Source: Thermotogota bacterium ADurb.Bin062
GTDB taxonomy: Bacteria; Thermotogota; Thermotogae; MWEM01
Direction: 5' to 3'
Length of the DNA stretch: 64,000 nucleotides
NCBI GenBank assembly: GCA_002071085.1
Contig: MWEM01000010.1
Coordinates: 2,047-66,046, forward strand
The position numbers and the translations under genes were made by a program. The notes beneath the pieces are model-generated. The model saw only the letters and a program-made list of their open reading frames with translations, searched no databases and was not told the origin of the DNA. The stretch's first letter is position 1, and each line of letters starts with the position of its first letter. This document shows, piece after piece, positions 1-10,290 of this stretch.

Positions 1-3000
1 CTGGTTGAAAAACTCGAGTTCAGAAGCGGGTAAGCGCTCAGGGGCGAATAGATCCCGGAAATTGCCTCCGGGGGGATCCAACAGGTCTTTCACGTCCTGA
101 TACGTCAGGCTCCAGACGTAAAAGTTGCCGCTCCTTAAAACGGCCATGCGTTTGTTCAGATCGTCTGCGAGACGGTTTCGGTGATAGCTGAACCCGTCGG
201 TATAGATCACGATGGGTAAAAATTGCTCGTCCGAGTCAGGATCGCGCGGGTAGATCACGAAATCCGCGCGCGTTGGTAAGAAGACGCCGTCTTTCTCGGA
301 AAGGAAGGTCTGCGCCGCGATAAAATATCGGTTCTTTCCTATCTGTAGGGTGAACCCTTGGCTTCCGTGGTCGATATCTTCGTAGAGCTCTATCGGCCGT
401 TCCGGAGACGAAGCTTTTTTCAACGCCTCCAAAAACATACGTTCGAGTTCGCTTTCCATCAACGCTCCGGTGTCGATCTCGTTGATCGTTGGGATTGCCA
501 CGAGATGTTCCCGATTGTTCAAGAGGCCCGAGAGGATGTCTATTGCCACTTTTTTAGAGATCGACCCCAGATACCGGCTTTGCTTGTACGCGAACAGACA
601 GCGGTAACATCCGTCGCGCTTGGGTTGGCTGGCGCATTCACACTTGACGAGTACCCGCAGGCACTTATCGAGCATATCGAAGATGGCGTCCGGCGTTTTG
701 CTCAGGTGCTTCAAATACCCCGTGCCTCCCGGTACCGAGTCGTAAAGGACGAGATAGTTTTTCCGATACTCGTTTCCCGGCGCCGGTTCTTCGGTAACGG
801 TCGCTTTCAGATGCTCCACGCTGCCAAAGGTTTCTTTCAGTCCTAACATAACCGCCGCGATGAACGTTTGCTTCACAGTCTCGTTCCACTCGAGGGTCGT
901 CGCGGGGATCAGAATCCGCAGGACCTCGGACTGGAACTCCCGGTAGAGATACACTTTCTGCTCGTAATTGTCAGGATTGGCGTCTCCTGCGGCCGAGCAG
1001 AAAGGGTAATGTTTTCGTTTCTTTTTTTTCGCGAGGCCCTCAGACTGGACCATCCCACAAGATCGGCAGATCCTGAAGCCGTTCCGTTCTTCGCTTCTTC
1101 CGGCGACCATCAAAGACTCGCTTCCGTTGCCCTGTCCGCCAAAGTTGATTTCGCGCAGCGTGGCCTTTCTCACGAATTCGAAACCGAAGGGTTTTTCCAC
1201 ATTCGCCAGCCAATAGGCTTTCAAAACATCTTTGGAGGCGTCCACATCCACGTACAGGTTCCTTCTGAAAAAGGTTTTTTCACGATCGTCGCTCTCGTCG
1301 CCGCTAAAGCTCCTGTCATATTCCTCGGAAGCGAAGACCTGCCGCAGCTTCAACATCGTTCGAACCTGCCCGATGTCCGCCCAAGCGCGGCTGCCGCACC
1401 GTGGGCAACTGCCCGTATGCTCCACGGCGCTGCTCAGTTCCGCGTGCGAACAGTTCGGGCACAGCCGCCACTCCGCTGGTTTCGAAACGCGCGTGTCGAT
1501 CTGGTCGATCACAATTTTCCGGCCCTCGGAGTAGAAGGTGTTTTCGGGCGCGAACTCGGCGATCGCGGAAGCGGCGGGGCGCATATATTCATAAACATAG
1601 TGCTCGTATTTTTTCGTTTCATCGGGCTCGCTGTCATACTCTCGGTTTTTTCCCAATCGTCGATAGATGACCGCTTTCAGCGACACACCGGCCTCCGGGA
1701 ACGCATAGTTCGGGAGCAATCCCTCGTCGGACAGGAAGTTGTAGACGTTCTTCGCGTTGATCGCCTTCTTCACCTCAGCCAGCGCGCCGATCTCTTTTTC
1801 CAGGTCTTTCATTTCCTGCTCCCGACTCGAATCGGTGGGGAGCGCTTTAACTTTCGCGAGCTTGTTCTGGAGGGATGTGATTTGGGCCGTGATCGATTCG
1901 CGCTCAGAGCGAATATCTCTGAAACCGATCAGAATCCTACTGGAGAGGCTGCCTTCGCTCTGGTCAGAATCGTCCGCGAAGGCCTTCAGTTTGGCGATGG
2001 TCTCCTCTTCAAGCGCGGGGCCGAACAGGCTGAAAAAACCTTCGAGCAAACTCTCGCGTTCCTGCCGGATGAATCGGAGCAGATTGTGGGGGAAAACGTC
2101 CTTTTCGGGTTGGTCTATGTTCGCGAGAACGTTAGCGATCGTTTTCGGAACGCTTTGGGCGCCTTTTCTTATTTTTATCCATCGGTCGAAGCAAAAGGCG
2201 AGCAACTGACGCTCCAACACAGCGGATGCGTTGAGGAACACGGCCGGGGGTTTCACCTCGCCGGCGATCATCTCTTTCGGCTCTTCAAAGAAGTACATAT
2301 CGTGGGGAACCAAATTCGTAGCCACGAGAGACAGCGCGTTTCCGTCACGTCGGCCCGCTCGCCCGATACGTTGGAGGAATTGCGTCTGAGCCGGTGGTAC
2401 AGAGCACAGCGCCACAGACGAGAGGTCCCCGATGTCGATTCCCAGTTCCAGCGTAGGTGTGCAGGAAAGCAGGTTCACATCCCAACGTTTCTGCTCAGCG
2501 CGAGTTTTCTTGAACCGTTGCTCCACGTAGGCGCGTCGTTCGGCGCTCACCAGCGACGAATGCTCGGCCGCGTATATGCGGCGGATATCGCCGTTTTCGT
2601 ACAACCGGCGATAGAAGTCGTCCTCGAAGGGCTTTTCCGCGTAGCTGCCGGGGCATCCCGGATGGAAGCAGGGCAAGCCGAGGGCGCTCTCGAGATCGTC
2701 CCCCGGGATCGATAGGGTATGCCCGCACCGGTCACAGGCGATCCGCGCGACGTCGCCCGTCACCCTTGCGTGTTTTGGGGACAGCCCGTAAATCCGTTCG
2801 CGTTTTTGAACCTCCCGTTCCTCGAGGACCTTCGCTCTGACGAACTCCTCTAACAGCCGGGTGAAAACGGGATACACCCTTTCCATATCGAGGGCGGTGT
2901 CGCTTTCAGACGCGCCGTTCAGCGCCCGCAAAGCCCAGCGGAAATAGAGAGAACGGCGCGATAAGTCGTCAAACGCGCCCTTGTGCGACCGCTTTTGGGT

Positions 3001-5493
3001 CATTTCCAAAAACCTCGGGACACGCCGCGCCCGCGTCAATCCCGGCATCCATTTGACTTTATCGCTGGAAAGCAGATAGGCGCTTCCCCCGCTTTCGATA
3101 AACGCGTTCAGTACCTCGGAAAAGATACCCCCGGCGTTTTTCATCCGCAGGAAGAACCCGAACGCGAAATGCGACAAGACGCTCTCCTCCGCGTTCCTAA
3201 ACTCTCCCAACTCGTTGCGAACCCTTTGGATGAAACGATCCAGCGCTTCGGCGTAGGCCTCCCCCGTAAAAGCGAGAACCGAGGACCCGCTCTTTTCCAA
3301 AGTTCGCCCTATTCGGCAGTTAAATCCGTACTCGTAGAGCGCCTCGAGGCGCATTCGGCTGCGGATAGACTGCAGAAGGCGGTCCGTCTGTTCGCTCGCG
3401 GAAGGGAATTTCCCGTGTTCGAGCAAATGCTCGAAGTCGCGAAACCAGGTCATATTCGGCGCGATGAAAGTGGCGGCGAAATCCTCCAGCGTCATCCGCC
3501 GCTCCCAATCCTCGACGAACTCGGTCGTGAAATCCGAAATGCTCTTGTCGGCGCCCGCGGTTTTCAGGTATTGTTGGATCGCCAGCCGAAGGTTGAACCG
3601 CCACGTGCGCGCGTTGAAAAAGCCCGCGCGGTGCGAGGCGTCTTGAACGGAATCTGAAAACGCGAGCAGCTTCTTGTCGTCGTTGAAACGCGAAGCGAAG
3701 AGCTCGGAGATCCCCGCGCTGATCAACGTGGAGTTTTGCGCCCCTATCAGAGTCATACCGCCGCGGCTGCCGCAGATGGGGCAATAAGTGGTCGATTTCT
3801 CTTCGCCGCCCTCCGCATTGGGCCGTTCCAGAAGTACCGGCACGGTCTTCGAGTTTCCGCACCCGGAGCACACAGGCGCTTCGTTCCATTTCAAGCAACG
3901 CGGGCACAGATAGCCGCCCCTGTCCGGGTCTTCCTGAGCCCGTTTTTCAGAAACGGGAAAAAAGTAGGCCGTATGGCGCGAGGAGCTGAAAAAGTCTTCG
4001 TAGAAGCCGCGAAGATCGATGATTTTGGTGTTGAAGGAATCGCTCATCATCGAAACCCAACCGGTCACGCCGCAATCGCGACAGTTCACGACGGGTAGAT
4101 ATTGGCCACGCTCTCCTTCGGTCAAGTCGTCGGAGAGCGCCAAGTCCGGCTTCTCGGGGTCCACTTTCCCCAATAGGCGCCGGAGTTCGCGGAACCATAT
4201 CTGAACGTGTACCTGTAGGATCCGGGCGTATGAAACCAATCCGATCAGGGAGAGAAGCAACAGGTGACGATCGGGTTTGGAATAAAAGTCCAATATCCGA
4301 TTGCGGCGAGATAGCTCGGCGAGGAGCTCTTCATAACTCGACGCCCCGCCTTCCAACGCGCGCAGGAGCTCGTGGAAGAAATAGTGTCCGCGTAAGCGTT
4401 CGCCCATCAGCTCCCGACCTCGCGCGTCGTTATCATCGTCGCCGAGCGTTGCGTCTCCGAACCAGCGGAGGCTCGCCAGGCGTATGAAATCTCGTTCGCT
4501 TCCCGAGGTCATCGCGTTTGCGATCTCCGACAGCGCCTTCTTATCCGGTAGGGCCGTGTATTGAATCTCCGTTCCCCGGAGGAATTCGTCCGCCGTCTGA
4601 CGCTGTTCTCCGATGACGGCATCCTCGGGGAAGGGTTCGCCGAATACTTCGGAGGCGAAGGCGACCATTTCGGTTTGGCTTTGGGCGTCGCCCAGCGTGG
4701 CGGAGGTGCCCACGCAGCACAGGAACCCCTCGGGGATCTCCAGCCGCTTCTTCAACCGCCGAAGGAGGCAGGCGAGGTCCGTGCCCTGCGCGCCGTCGAA
4801 GGTGTGAAATTCGTCGACGACGATGTATTTCAACGTTTCCGGCCCGTTTTTTGACCACAGCGGGAAGTCGTCGGAACGGATCAGCAGGTAGTCGAGCATC
4901 TTGTAGTTGGTGAGCAGGATATCCGGCGGATTCTGGCGCAGCATCTCGCGATCGGTGATCAGCTCTTGCTCCCCCATTCCGCGGGAAGCGCCCGGCCCGC
5001 TATCCCCGGTGTACTTGCCCGCGACGACGTTCCCTTTCAGCTTCGCGTTCCTATAGATCAGCCCCGCGATGCGGCGCGCTTGGTCTGTCGCGAGCGCGTT
5101 CATCGGGTAGATCAGGAGCGCTTTGATCCCTTTTTCGCCCCGATGGCGCCAGCAATGCTCCAGCAGCGGGTAGAGGAAACATTCGGTCTTCCCGGATCCC
5201 GTCCCCGTTGCGACGAGGGTGGAACGCGGGGCCTCCCCCGCCAACCGGTCGAAGGCGCGCTTCTGGTGGAGGTACGGGGCGAAGGGCAGTTCGAGCGCCT
5301 CAAACCAGGGATTCTCTCGCGCAGCCTCTCGGAAAGGCATCCGTAGGGTGACATACGGCCCCTTGAACATCGAGCGGGCATCGAGGAACCGGTCGATGCA
5401 TCCGGCGAAGACCTCGCTCGAGATCGGGAATGTGGTCTTGAGGTACTCGGTCAAACCGCGTTGCAGTTGTTCGCACACGATCGATGGAATCAT
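1..5493 (-). CDS. Giant DEAD/DEAH-box helicase with C-terminal DUF1998 (MrfA/DrmB-type Zn ribbon) and a Vsr/DUF559-like endonuclease tail (fused DrmA-DrmB-like). The 3' end lies beyond the window start, so the protein is longer than 1831 aa. It is absent from the ORF track because it has no in-window stop.
   Basis: Hand translation of the minus strand from ATG at 5493 (RBS GGAGGG 4 nt upstream) gives an open frame all the way to position 1. Walker A VATGTGSGKTE (~5190), LIYPMNALATDQ, DEFH box VVDEFHTF, GTSATL, motif VI QRIGRAGRR (~2360). DUF1998-like Cys cluster ICRSCGMVQSEG...HYPFC (~1050-1075) and LVLYDSVPGGTGYL (~722-750). C-terminal ADFVIYP...IVIYTDGFSYH...DDLNKRMAVLRSGNFYVW matches the DUF559/Vsr fold pattern. 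Confidence 0.8.
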   Translation of the reverse strand, partial: MIPSIVCEQLQRGLTEYLKTTFPISSEVFAGCIDRFLDARSMFKGPYVTLRMPFREAARENPWFEALELPFAPYLHQKRAFDRLAGEAPRSTLVATGTGSGKTECFLYPLLEHCWRHRGEKGIKALLIYPMNALATDQARRIAGLIYRNAKLKGNVVAGKYTGDSGPGASRGMGEQELITDREMLRQNPPDILLTNYKMLDYLLIRSDDFPLWSKNGPETLKYIVVDEFHTFDGAQGTDLACLLRRLKKRLEIPEGFLCCVGTSATLGDAQSQTEMVAFASEVFGEPFPEDAVIGEQRQTADEFLRGTEIQYTALPDKKALSEIANAMTSGSERDFIRLASLRWFGDATLGDDDNDARGRELMGERLRGHYFFHELLRALEGGASSYEELLAELSRRNRILDFYSKPDRHLLLLSLIGLVSYARILQVHVQIWFRELRRLLGKVDPEKPDLALSDDLTEGERGQYLPVVNCRDCGVTGWVSMMSDSFNTKIIDLRGFYEDFFSSSRHTAYFFPVSEKRAQEDPDRGGYLCPRCLKWNEAPVCSGCGNSKTVPVLLERPNAEGGEEKSTTYCPICGSRGGMTLIGAQNSTLISAGISELFASRFNDDKKLLAFSDSVQDASHRAGFFNARTWRFNLRLAIQQYLKTAGADKSISDFTTEFVEDWERRMTLEDFAATFIAPNMTWFRDFEHLLEHGKFPSASEQTDRLLQSIRSRMRLEALYEYGFNCRIGRTLEKSGSSVLAFTGEAYAEALDRFIQRVRNELGEFRNAEESVLSHFAFGFFLRMKNAGGIFSEVLNAFIESGGSAYLLSSDKVKWMPGLTRARRVPRFLEMTQKRSHKGAFDDLSRRSLYFRWALRALNGASESDTALDMERVYPVFTRLLEEFVRAKVLEEREVQKRERIYGLSPKHARVTGDVARIACDRCGHTLSIPGDDLESALGLPCFHPGCPGSYAEKPFEDDFYRRLYENGDIRRIYAAEHSSLVSAERRAYVEQRFKKTRAEQKRWDVNLLSCTPTLELGIDIGDLSSVALCSVPPAQTQFLQRIGRAGRRDGNALSLVATNLVPHDMYFFEEPKEMIAGEVKPPAVFLNASAVLERQLLAFCFDRWIKIRKGAQSVPKTIANVLANIDQPEKDVFPHNLLRFIRQERESLLEGFFSLFGPALEEETIAKLKAFADDSDQSEGSLSSRILIGFRDIRSERESITAQITSLQNKLAKVKALPTDSSREQEMKDLEKEIGALAEVKKAINAKNVYNFLSDEGLLPNYAFPEAGVSLKAVIYRRLGKNREYDSEPDETKKYEHYVYEYMRPAASAIAEFAPENTFYSEGRKIVIDQIDTRVSKPAEWRLCPNCSHAELSSAVEHTGSCPRCGSRAWADIGQVRTMLKLRQVFASEEYDRSFSGDESDDREKTFFRRNLYVDVDASKDVLKAYWLANVEKPFGFEFVRKATLREINFGGQGNGSESLMVAGRSEERNGFRICRSCGMVQSEGLAKKKKRKHYPFCSAAGDANPDNYEQKVYLYREFQSEVLRILIPATTLEWNETVKQTFIAAVMLGLKETFGSVEHLKATVTEEPAPGNEYRKNYLVLYDSVPGGTGYLKHLSKTPDAIFDMLDKCLRVLVKCECASQPKRDGCYRCLFAYKQSRYLGSISKKVAIDILSGLLNNREHLVAIPTINEIDTGALMESELERMFLEALKKASSPERPIELYEDIDHGSQGFTLQIGKNRYFIAAQTFLSEKDGVFLPTRADFVIYPRDPDSDEQFLPIVIYTDGFSYHRNRLADDLNKRMAVLRSGNFYVWSLTYQDVKDLLDPPGGNFRDLFAPERLPASELEFFNQ

Positions 5494-5592
5494 ACGTCCC
5501 TCCTCTGTACGCCATATTGCGCGGCCCGGGGTTTCACGTCGCGATAGAGACGCCAAACTGTCGGCGGCAGCGCGATCCGGTATTCGGGCATT

Positions 5593-8500
5593 TTACAACC
5601 CGCGCCTCTCGAACTCACGCCAGGCGACGGCGTAATCGGTCTCGCGGTCGGCGAGGGTGAAAGGCGCGAAATAGCGCACCTCGCGTTCGAAGGGCCCGCC
5701 GGGCCGGGTATCGTCCTTCACCATCCTCGAACAGCTCTCACCGTCCTTCAGTTCCTGCAGGGCCTCCCACTCGGAGCGTTCCCGAAGCCCGACGCCGGTT
5801 AGCCCTTTGCTGTTCGTCCACACAATCCGACCCTTCCGATCATAGTAGGTGTCCTTCTCATACTGCCGCATCACAGGAAACTGGATCCGGTAGATGGAGA
5901 TCAGCTCCTCCAAGGTCAATCCCAGCGCCATCGCGGTGAGGACGTCGATTTCCACGAGCGCCTGGCGACGCGCGTAGTCGTAGCGCAACGCGTTGTGGCG
6001 CTGCCAGGTGGGGGTGAGGTTCCGGAAAAAATCCCGGTCGAGCCGCGGGTCCTCGCTCGTCCAGGTATCTTTCTGAAACCGGGGATCGAACAGTTCCTCC
6101 CACAACTCGGCATAAGGGGTCGTGAGACAGTTGAGGGTGAGGGCGCGTGGAAGCGCGTATAGAAAACGAGAGTCGTCTTCCAAATAGAACAGGTCATCGA
6201 CATTCCCGGTAGTAAAATCTTCTTTTCCGCTGGTTTTGACGAAAAAGTCACTGAGAAGGGAACAAGCCGGAACGAAAGCTTGAAGCAGGCGCCGCGGTTC
6301 CAAGAAAAAGGTAGATATCACGGTATGCACATGGGCTATATTTTTGGGTATCAACGCGGAGATGAAGGTTCTTTCTCCAAATTGGCTCAACCGCCTCCGA
6401 TGGATCATTCGGAAATAATCGGTCACAAGATCGGAACGGTTCCCCTGGTTAAGACTCCATTTCGCGGTCGGAATGCGGTTCTGGTAGAGCATTCTGTCTG
6501 GCGCCGGAACATAATTCGTTCTCGGCAGATAATCGTCGGGGAGTTCGGCGAGATCGAGAGGATCGTAATGACCCTTCTCTGTGCATATAGCCCTCGGCGT
6601 TTTGTAAAAAGGCGTTCCCACGTGAAAATGTGGGCCGGAAAGGATCAGTTCTTCCGCGGTCTTAGGAAAGATGGTCTCTCTTTTGATCGTGCCGTCCTTT
6701 TGGGCGTTGGTTTCATCCCACATTACAGTAGAGTGGTATTCGCCTTTGAGATCCCTCAGGCGATGCGGATAGGCGGCGAACTTCTTCAACACGCCGACGA
6801 TGGGTTGGGCGTGTACGGAGGGGAGTTTCGACTCCAAGGGGGGTGTCCCCTCCTCGTCGAAAAGTTGACTGAAGACCGTTAGCGCCCCTTCATCCACGTG
6901 CACGACCCTTAGATGATGACCTTTCAAGTTCCATTCATCCTGTTCGTTCTTGATTCCCTCAAGCGGTTCATCGCCTTGATGGTCGAAGGAATCATCGATC
7001 GTCTTTGGTAAAAATAGGTTGGAAAGACTGTCAAAAGATATCTCGTGAAAATTGGATTTGTAGATGTTAATCCCATATTTGACTCGGTGCCCAATTGGGA
7101 AAAGCATATATTGGTTTTGAAATTGAAAATGATACCGCAACCGCGGATAGAGCTCGCGGCGCAGCGCGCCGCCTTTCGCGTCGTCATACACCCCTTCCGG
7201 ATGGAGGAAGCCCTGGACGCCGTTTCGGTTCGCGAAGAGCCAGCTCTGCGGTAGAAAGCACTTGAACAGGTTCGACTGTGATCCTTGAAGGAGCGGGTAG
7301 TTCTGGACAGCGTTGAGGAAGCCCTTCGTCGCCTCCATCGTTTCATACTCCCGCACGTAGTCCTCGAGCAGCTCCGGCTGGCGCTCGAAACTGTCGTTCC
7401 GTAGTTTACTGACCTGATCGGCGGAGTATTTCCGGATCGCGAAGAGCGGTTCCGCGTCCGAGAGGATCCCGCCCTCCTCCCATCCCAGTTTGATCCAAGG
7501 GGGGTTCCCAAGGATGAGGTCGAAGCCTCCGCGCTCGTCGAAAACGTCGGCGAACTCCAGCTCCCAATGGAAAAAGGCGATCCGTCGCGCGACCTCGCGT
7601 ACCACGCGCAATGGCTCGAGCTTTTCGCAGAGCGCGTCCAAATCCACGAGGTCCAGGTCGGAAAAGAGCGTCTGCAACTGTTTTTCCGCGTCGTTCTCGA
7701 CGAACAGGGGTCGCTGCGCGGGCGCGGTCGGTATCAGATTCACTTCGAGGATGAGCGAGAGGTGCATCAGGAACTCCGAACGCGACGGCAACAGATCGGC
7801 CTTATCGATCGGCCAGAACCATAGCGCGCACCAATAGTCCATCGCTAACTTCAACCGGGCGTATGGGCCGGCGTTCTCCATCTTTTCGGTATGAAAGAGG
7901 CTCTCGTAGATCGCGTCCTTCTCTTTCGTCGTGTACGGACGGCGGCGCGCCTTCTCCTCGTGTCCAAAGATGGATATCGCGCTCTCGGTGAGCTCTTCGA
8001 CCTTTTTTCGCGCCTTCAGGTGTTTTTCCCAGAGGAGGTCGACCTGGTCGCTCAGCCGCTGCAACGTTTTGATCTCTTCCGCGTCGTAGGGTCGAGAGAA
8101 GTCTTTGTTCCACTCTTTGAACCGCTTGAGTTCTTCGGCTTTCAGTTTTTTGACGACCTTGTCCTCGTACGTCGCCATCGCAGGATCCGCGAGCAGGAAG
8201 TGATAGACGCTGCCCGCCGGTCTCGTCGTTTTCGGTTCCACGCGTTCGGGGGCGACGGTGTGCCACTGTTTCTCCTTCTTCTTCTCCCGAATCTGATCGG
8301 GACGGTAGACCTGTCGGCGCGCGCCGATCAGGGAATTGCCGTTCATCAGCTGCGTTCTGAACCACGGAACGTAGCCGCCCTTGTAGATCGTGTTCAGCCA
8401 GACGGAGACCTCCGCCAACTCCACGGCGATCGGGTTCAGGTCGATTCCGTAGACGTTCCGGTCTGACAGGCGCATCTTGACCTTCTGCTTTTCTTCCGCG

Positions 8501-10281
8501 TACCGGTCCACTGCGATCGTTTGCCCCGTCTCCCGCTGTTTCAGCTGTAAATAGGCTTCTGCGAGTTGCGTGACCGCTTCGTTGATGAAGGCGGCGCTGC
8601 CCATCGCGGGCTCGCAGATTTTGAGTTCGAGGATCTCGTCGGCGGTTTTGTCTTTCAACAGCTCTTTCAACGCGTATTTGACGAGGCATTGGGTGAGCGT
8701 TTCCGGCGTGTAGTACGAAGCGGACTTTTCTCGTTCCCTGCCCGCCAACCGGTAGATGAACGTGCCTTTCGGGTACAATTTCAGGCTGCCGTCGGGGTTG
8801 CGTACCCGCTCCGTTTCTTCGTACTCTTCGAGCCGCGAGGCGGGGACGAAATAGCCGACTTGCAGCTCATCCCACGATTCGCCTTTCGGCTGTACTTCGT
8901 AGAGGTCTTCCTCGGCGAAGAAGCCGCGGTAGCTCAGCAGCCCCTCGTAGACGGCGCCAAGCTGGTTGATCCCCAGGTGGGAGTAGGAAACGCGTCCGGC
9001 ACGCTCCCTTCCTCGCGGCCTCGTGATCGACATTTCGCGGATGACGTCGCGCAGCGTTTCGTTCCTAAAACGCGCGCGGTTTAAGAGGGGCGTTCTTTCC
9101 GGATCGAAGAGGTGGGACTGCAGCGGCGGAATCTCGAAGGCGTCCGCGCCGACGCCTTCCAAGCCGAGCGCCTCGGCGCGAGCGGTTTTTACCGTTCCGT
9201 TGCGTTTCGGATACCCTTCGTAGATCAACGAAAAGAGTTTTTTCAACGACGTGTCGAGGAAATAGCCGTTTCGACTTTCCTCGCCCTCCAACCGAACCTT
9301 GTCGACGAGGTCGCGGAGGCTCTCGAAGCTGTATCCCTTCATATAAACGTCCGATTGGACCGGCGCGTATTCCAGCTCTTTCCGTGATTCGATGAAAAGG
9401 ATGAAAAGGATCCGGTACATAAAGCGCAGGCACTCGAGGGTCAGCTGCTCCGCGAGGTCGGTATCGTACACCTTCACCTTCTGCCGCTCTTTCATATCCC
9501 GCACCGCGTCGTTGCCCAACCATTCGATGCATCGGCGCAGCGCGTATTTCAAGTCTTCGGACACGGATATCGCGTGTTTGTGGGAGGTGTCGTCGAAACG
9601 GTCCAGCAGGGGTTCCCCATCGAATGGGGCGAGGCTTGACTTGTCCAGCAAAACGGCCATCGCTTGGAAGGTCGTGTCCTCGCGCCGCGCGTAGATTTCA
9701 TCCAAAATGAACTGGAAGAACCGCTTTTCGTTCCACTTGTACCGGTCGAGCAGCGCGATCTCGCGCATCGAGCAGAGGATGACCCAACGGGGCGGCTCCG
9801 GCGCGTTGAAGATGTACCGGTTCAACGCCTCTTCGTAGTCGCAATCGGGGAAGGCCTCCGCAACGCTTTCGAGCGCGCTGCCGTTATCGGTTTCATCTGT
9901 TTCTATCAGCAAGAGGTAGGGCGCGCCGTCGGGTTTTCGCAGGATTTGCCATACAGGTACCGTGATCCCGTCGTTTCCGATGAACTCTTCATCCGCCTCC
10001 GAGAATAGAAAACCCAGGGCGCTGAACAGCTCTTTCAGAAACGAGCGCCGTATTTCACGCCGTCGGTGTTCGTCGCGCTCGCGCGTGTACTCGTCGAGTC
10101 GGTTGAAGTACGCCCTACCCAGGGACTTGATCTTGCGCCAAGGCTCCTTCTCTTCCGACTCCTGGGCCTGCGCCTTCCACATCGACAGCGCTTCTCGGAT
10201 GTTTTCCTCGAAAATCGTGCTCAGGTAGTGCGCGGTGTAGTATTCGTTCACGTTGTGGATACCGGACAGGTCGATCGCCAT
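5593..10281 (-). CDS. Large gamma-class N6-adenine DNA methyltransferase (PglX / DrmMI / Eco57I-like), 1562 aa.
   Basis: AdoMet motif I ICEPAMGSAAF (~8592-8618) precedes catalytic motif IV GNPPW (~7497-7511). N-terminus MAIDLSGIHNVNEYYTAHYLSTIFEE resembles PglX/DrmMI-type enzymes. RBS GAGGGGAG 4 nt upstream of the ATG. The upstream SNF2 gene's TGA stop lies inside this RBS. Confidence 0.8.
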   Translation of the reverse strand: MAIDLSGIHNVNEYYTAHYLSTIFEENIREALSMWKAQAQESEEKEPWRKIKSLGRAYFNRLDEYTRERDEHRRREIRRSFLKELFSALGFLFSEADEEFIGNDGITVPVWQILRKPDGAPYLLLIETDETDNGSALESVAEAFPDCDYEEALNRYIFNAPEPPRWVILCSMREIALLDRYKWNEKRFFQFILDEIYARREDTTFQAMAVLLDKSSLAPFDGEPLLDRFDDTSHKHAISVSEDLKYALRRCIEWLGNDAVRDMKERQKVKVYDTDLAEQLTLECLRFMYRILFILFIESRKELEYAPVQSDVYMKGYSFESLRDLVDKVRLEGEESRNGYFLDTSLKKLFSLIYEGYPKRNGTVKTARAEALGLEGVGADAFEIPPLQSHLFDPERTPLLNRARFRNETLRDVIREMSITRPRGRERAGRVSYSHLGINQLGAVYEGLLSYRGFFAEEDLYEVQPKGESWDELQVGYFVPASRLEEYEETERVRNPDGSLKLYPKGTFIYRLAGREREKSASYYTPETLTQCLVKYALKELLKDKTADEILELKICEPAMGSAAFINEAVTQLAEAYLQLKQRETGQTIAVDRYAEEKQKVKMRLSDRNVYGIDLNPIAVELAEVSVWLNTIYKGGYVPWFRTQLMNGNSLIGARRQVYRPDQIREKKKEKQWHTVAPERVEPKTTRPAGSVYHFLLADPAMATYEDKVVKKLKAEELKRFKEWNKDFSRPYDAEEIKTLQRLSDQVDLLWEKHLKARKKVEELTESAISIFGHEEKARRRPYTTKEKDAIYESLFHTEKMENAGPYARLKLAMDYWCALWFWPIDKADLLPSRSEFLMHLSLILEVNLIPTAPAQRPLFVENDAEKQLQTLFSDLDLVDLDALCEKLEPLRVVREVARRIAFFHWELEFADVFDERGGFDLILGNPPWIKLGWEEGGILSDAEPLFAIRKYSADQVSKLRNDSFERQPELLEDYVREYETMEATKGFLNAVQNYPLLQGSQSNLFKCFLPQSWLFANRNGVQGFLHPEGVYDDAKGGALRRELYPRLRYHFQFQNQYMLFPIGHRVKYGINIYKSNFHEISFDSLSNLFLPKTIDDSFDHQGDEPLEGIKNEQDEWNLKGHHLRVVHVDEGALTVFSQLFDEEGTPPLESKLPSVHAQPIVGVLKKFAAYPHRLRDLKGEYHSTVMWDETNAQKDGTIKRETIFPKTAEELILSGPHFHVGTPFYKTPRAICTEKGHYDPLDLAELPDDYLPRTNYVPAPDRMLYQNRIPTAKWSLNQGNRSDLVTDYFRMIHRRRLSQFGERTFISALIPKNIAHVHTVISTFFLEPRRLLQAFVPACSLLSDFFVKTSGKEDFTTGNVDDLFYLEDDSRFLYALPRALTLNCLTTPYAELWEELFDPRFQKDTWTSEDPRLDRDFFRNLTPTWQRHNALRYDYARRQALVEIDVLTAMALGLTLEELISIYRIQFPVMRQYEKDTYYDRKGRIVWTNSKGLTGVGLRERSEWEALQELKDGESCSRMVKDDTRPGGPFEREVRYFAPFTLADRETDYAVAWREFERRGL

Positions 10282-10290
10282 AAGCTCCCC

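Noticed and set aside
868-2715. 615-aa plus-strand ORF (and neighbours 358-846, 1232-1534, 1401-1670, 1757-2209, 2983-3657)
   Set aside because: Antisense to the hand-translated minus-strand helicase gene 1-5493. The translations are Arg/Leu-rich with no motifs. They are artefacts of high GC.
5494-5592. Possible internal promoter or terminator between the methyltransferase and the downstream helicase gene
   Set aside because: No convincing hairpin plus T-tract or consensus -35/-10 was found. The 99-nt gap most likely just carries the RBS for a co-transcribed gene.
7802-8689. 295-aa minus-strand ORF and several 100-200-aa ORFs inside 5593-10281 and 10291-13118
   Set aside because: Alternative frames of the methyltransferase and SNF2 genes. 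Arg/Pro-rich, GC-driven spurious ORFs.
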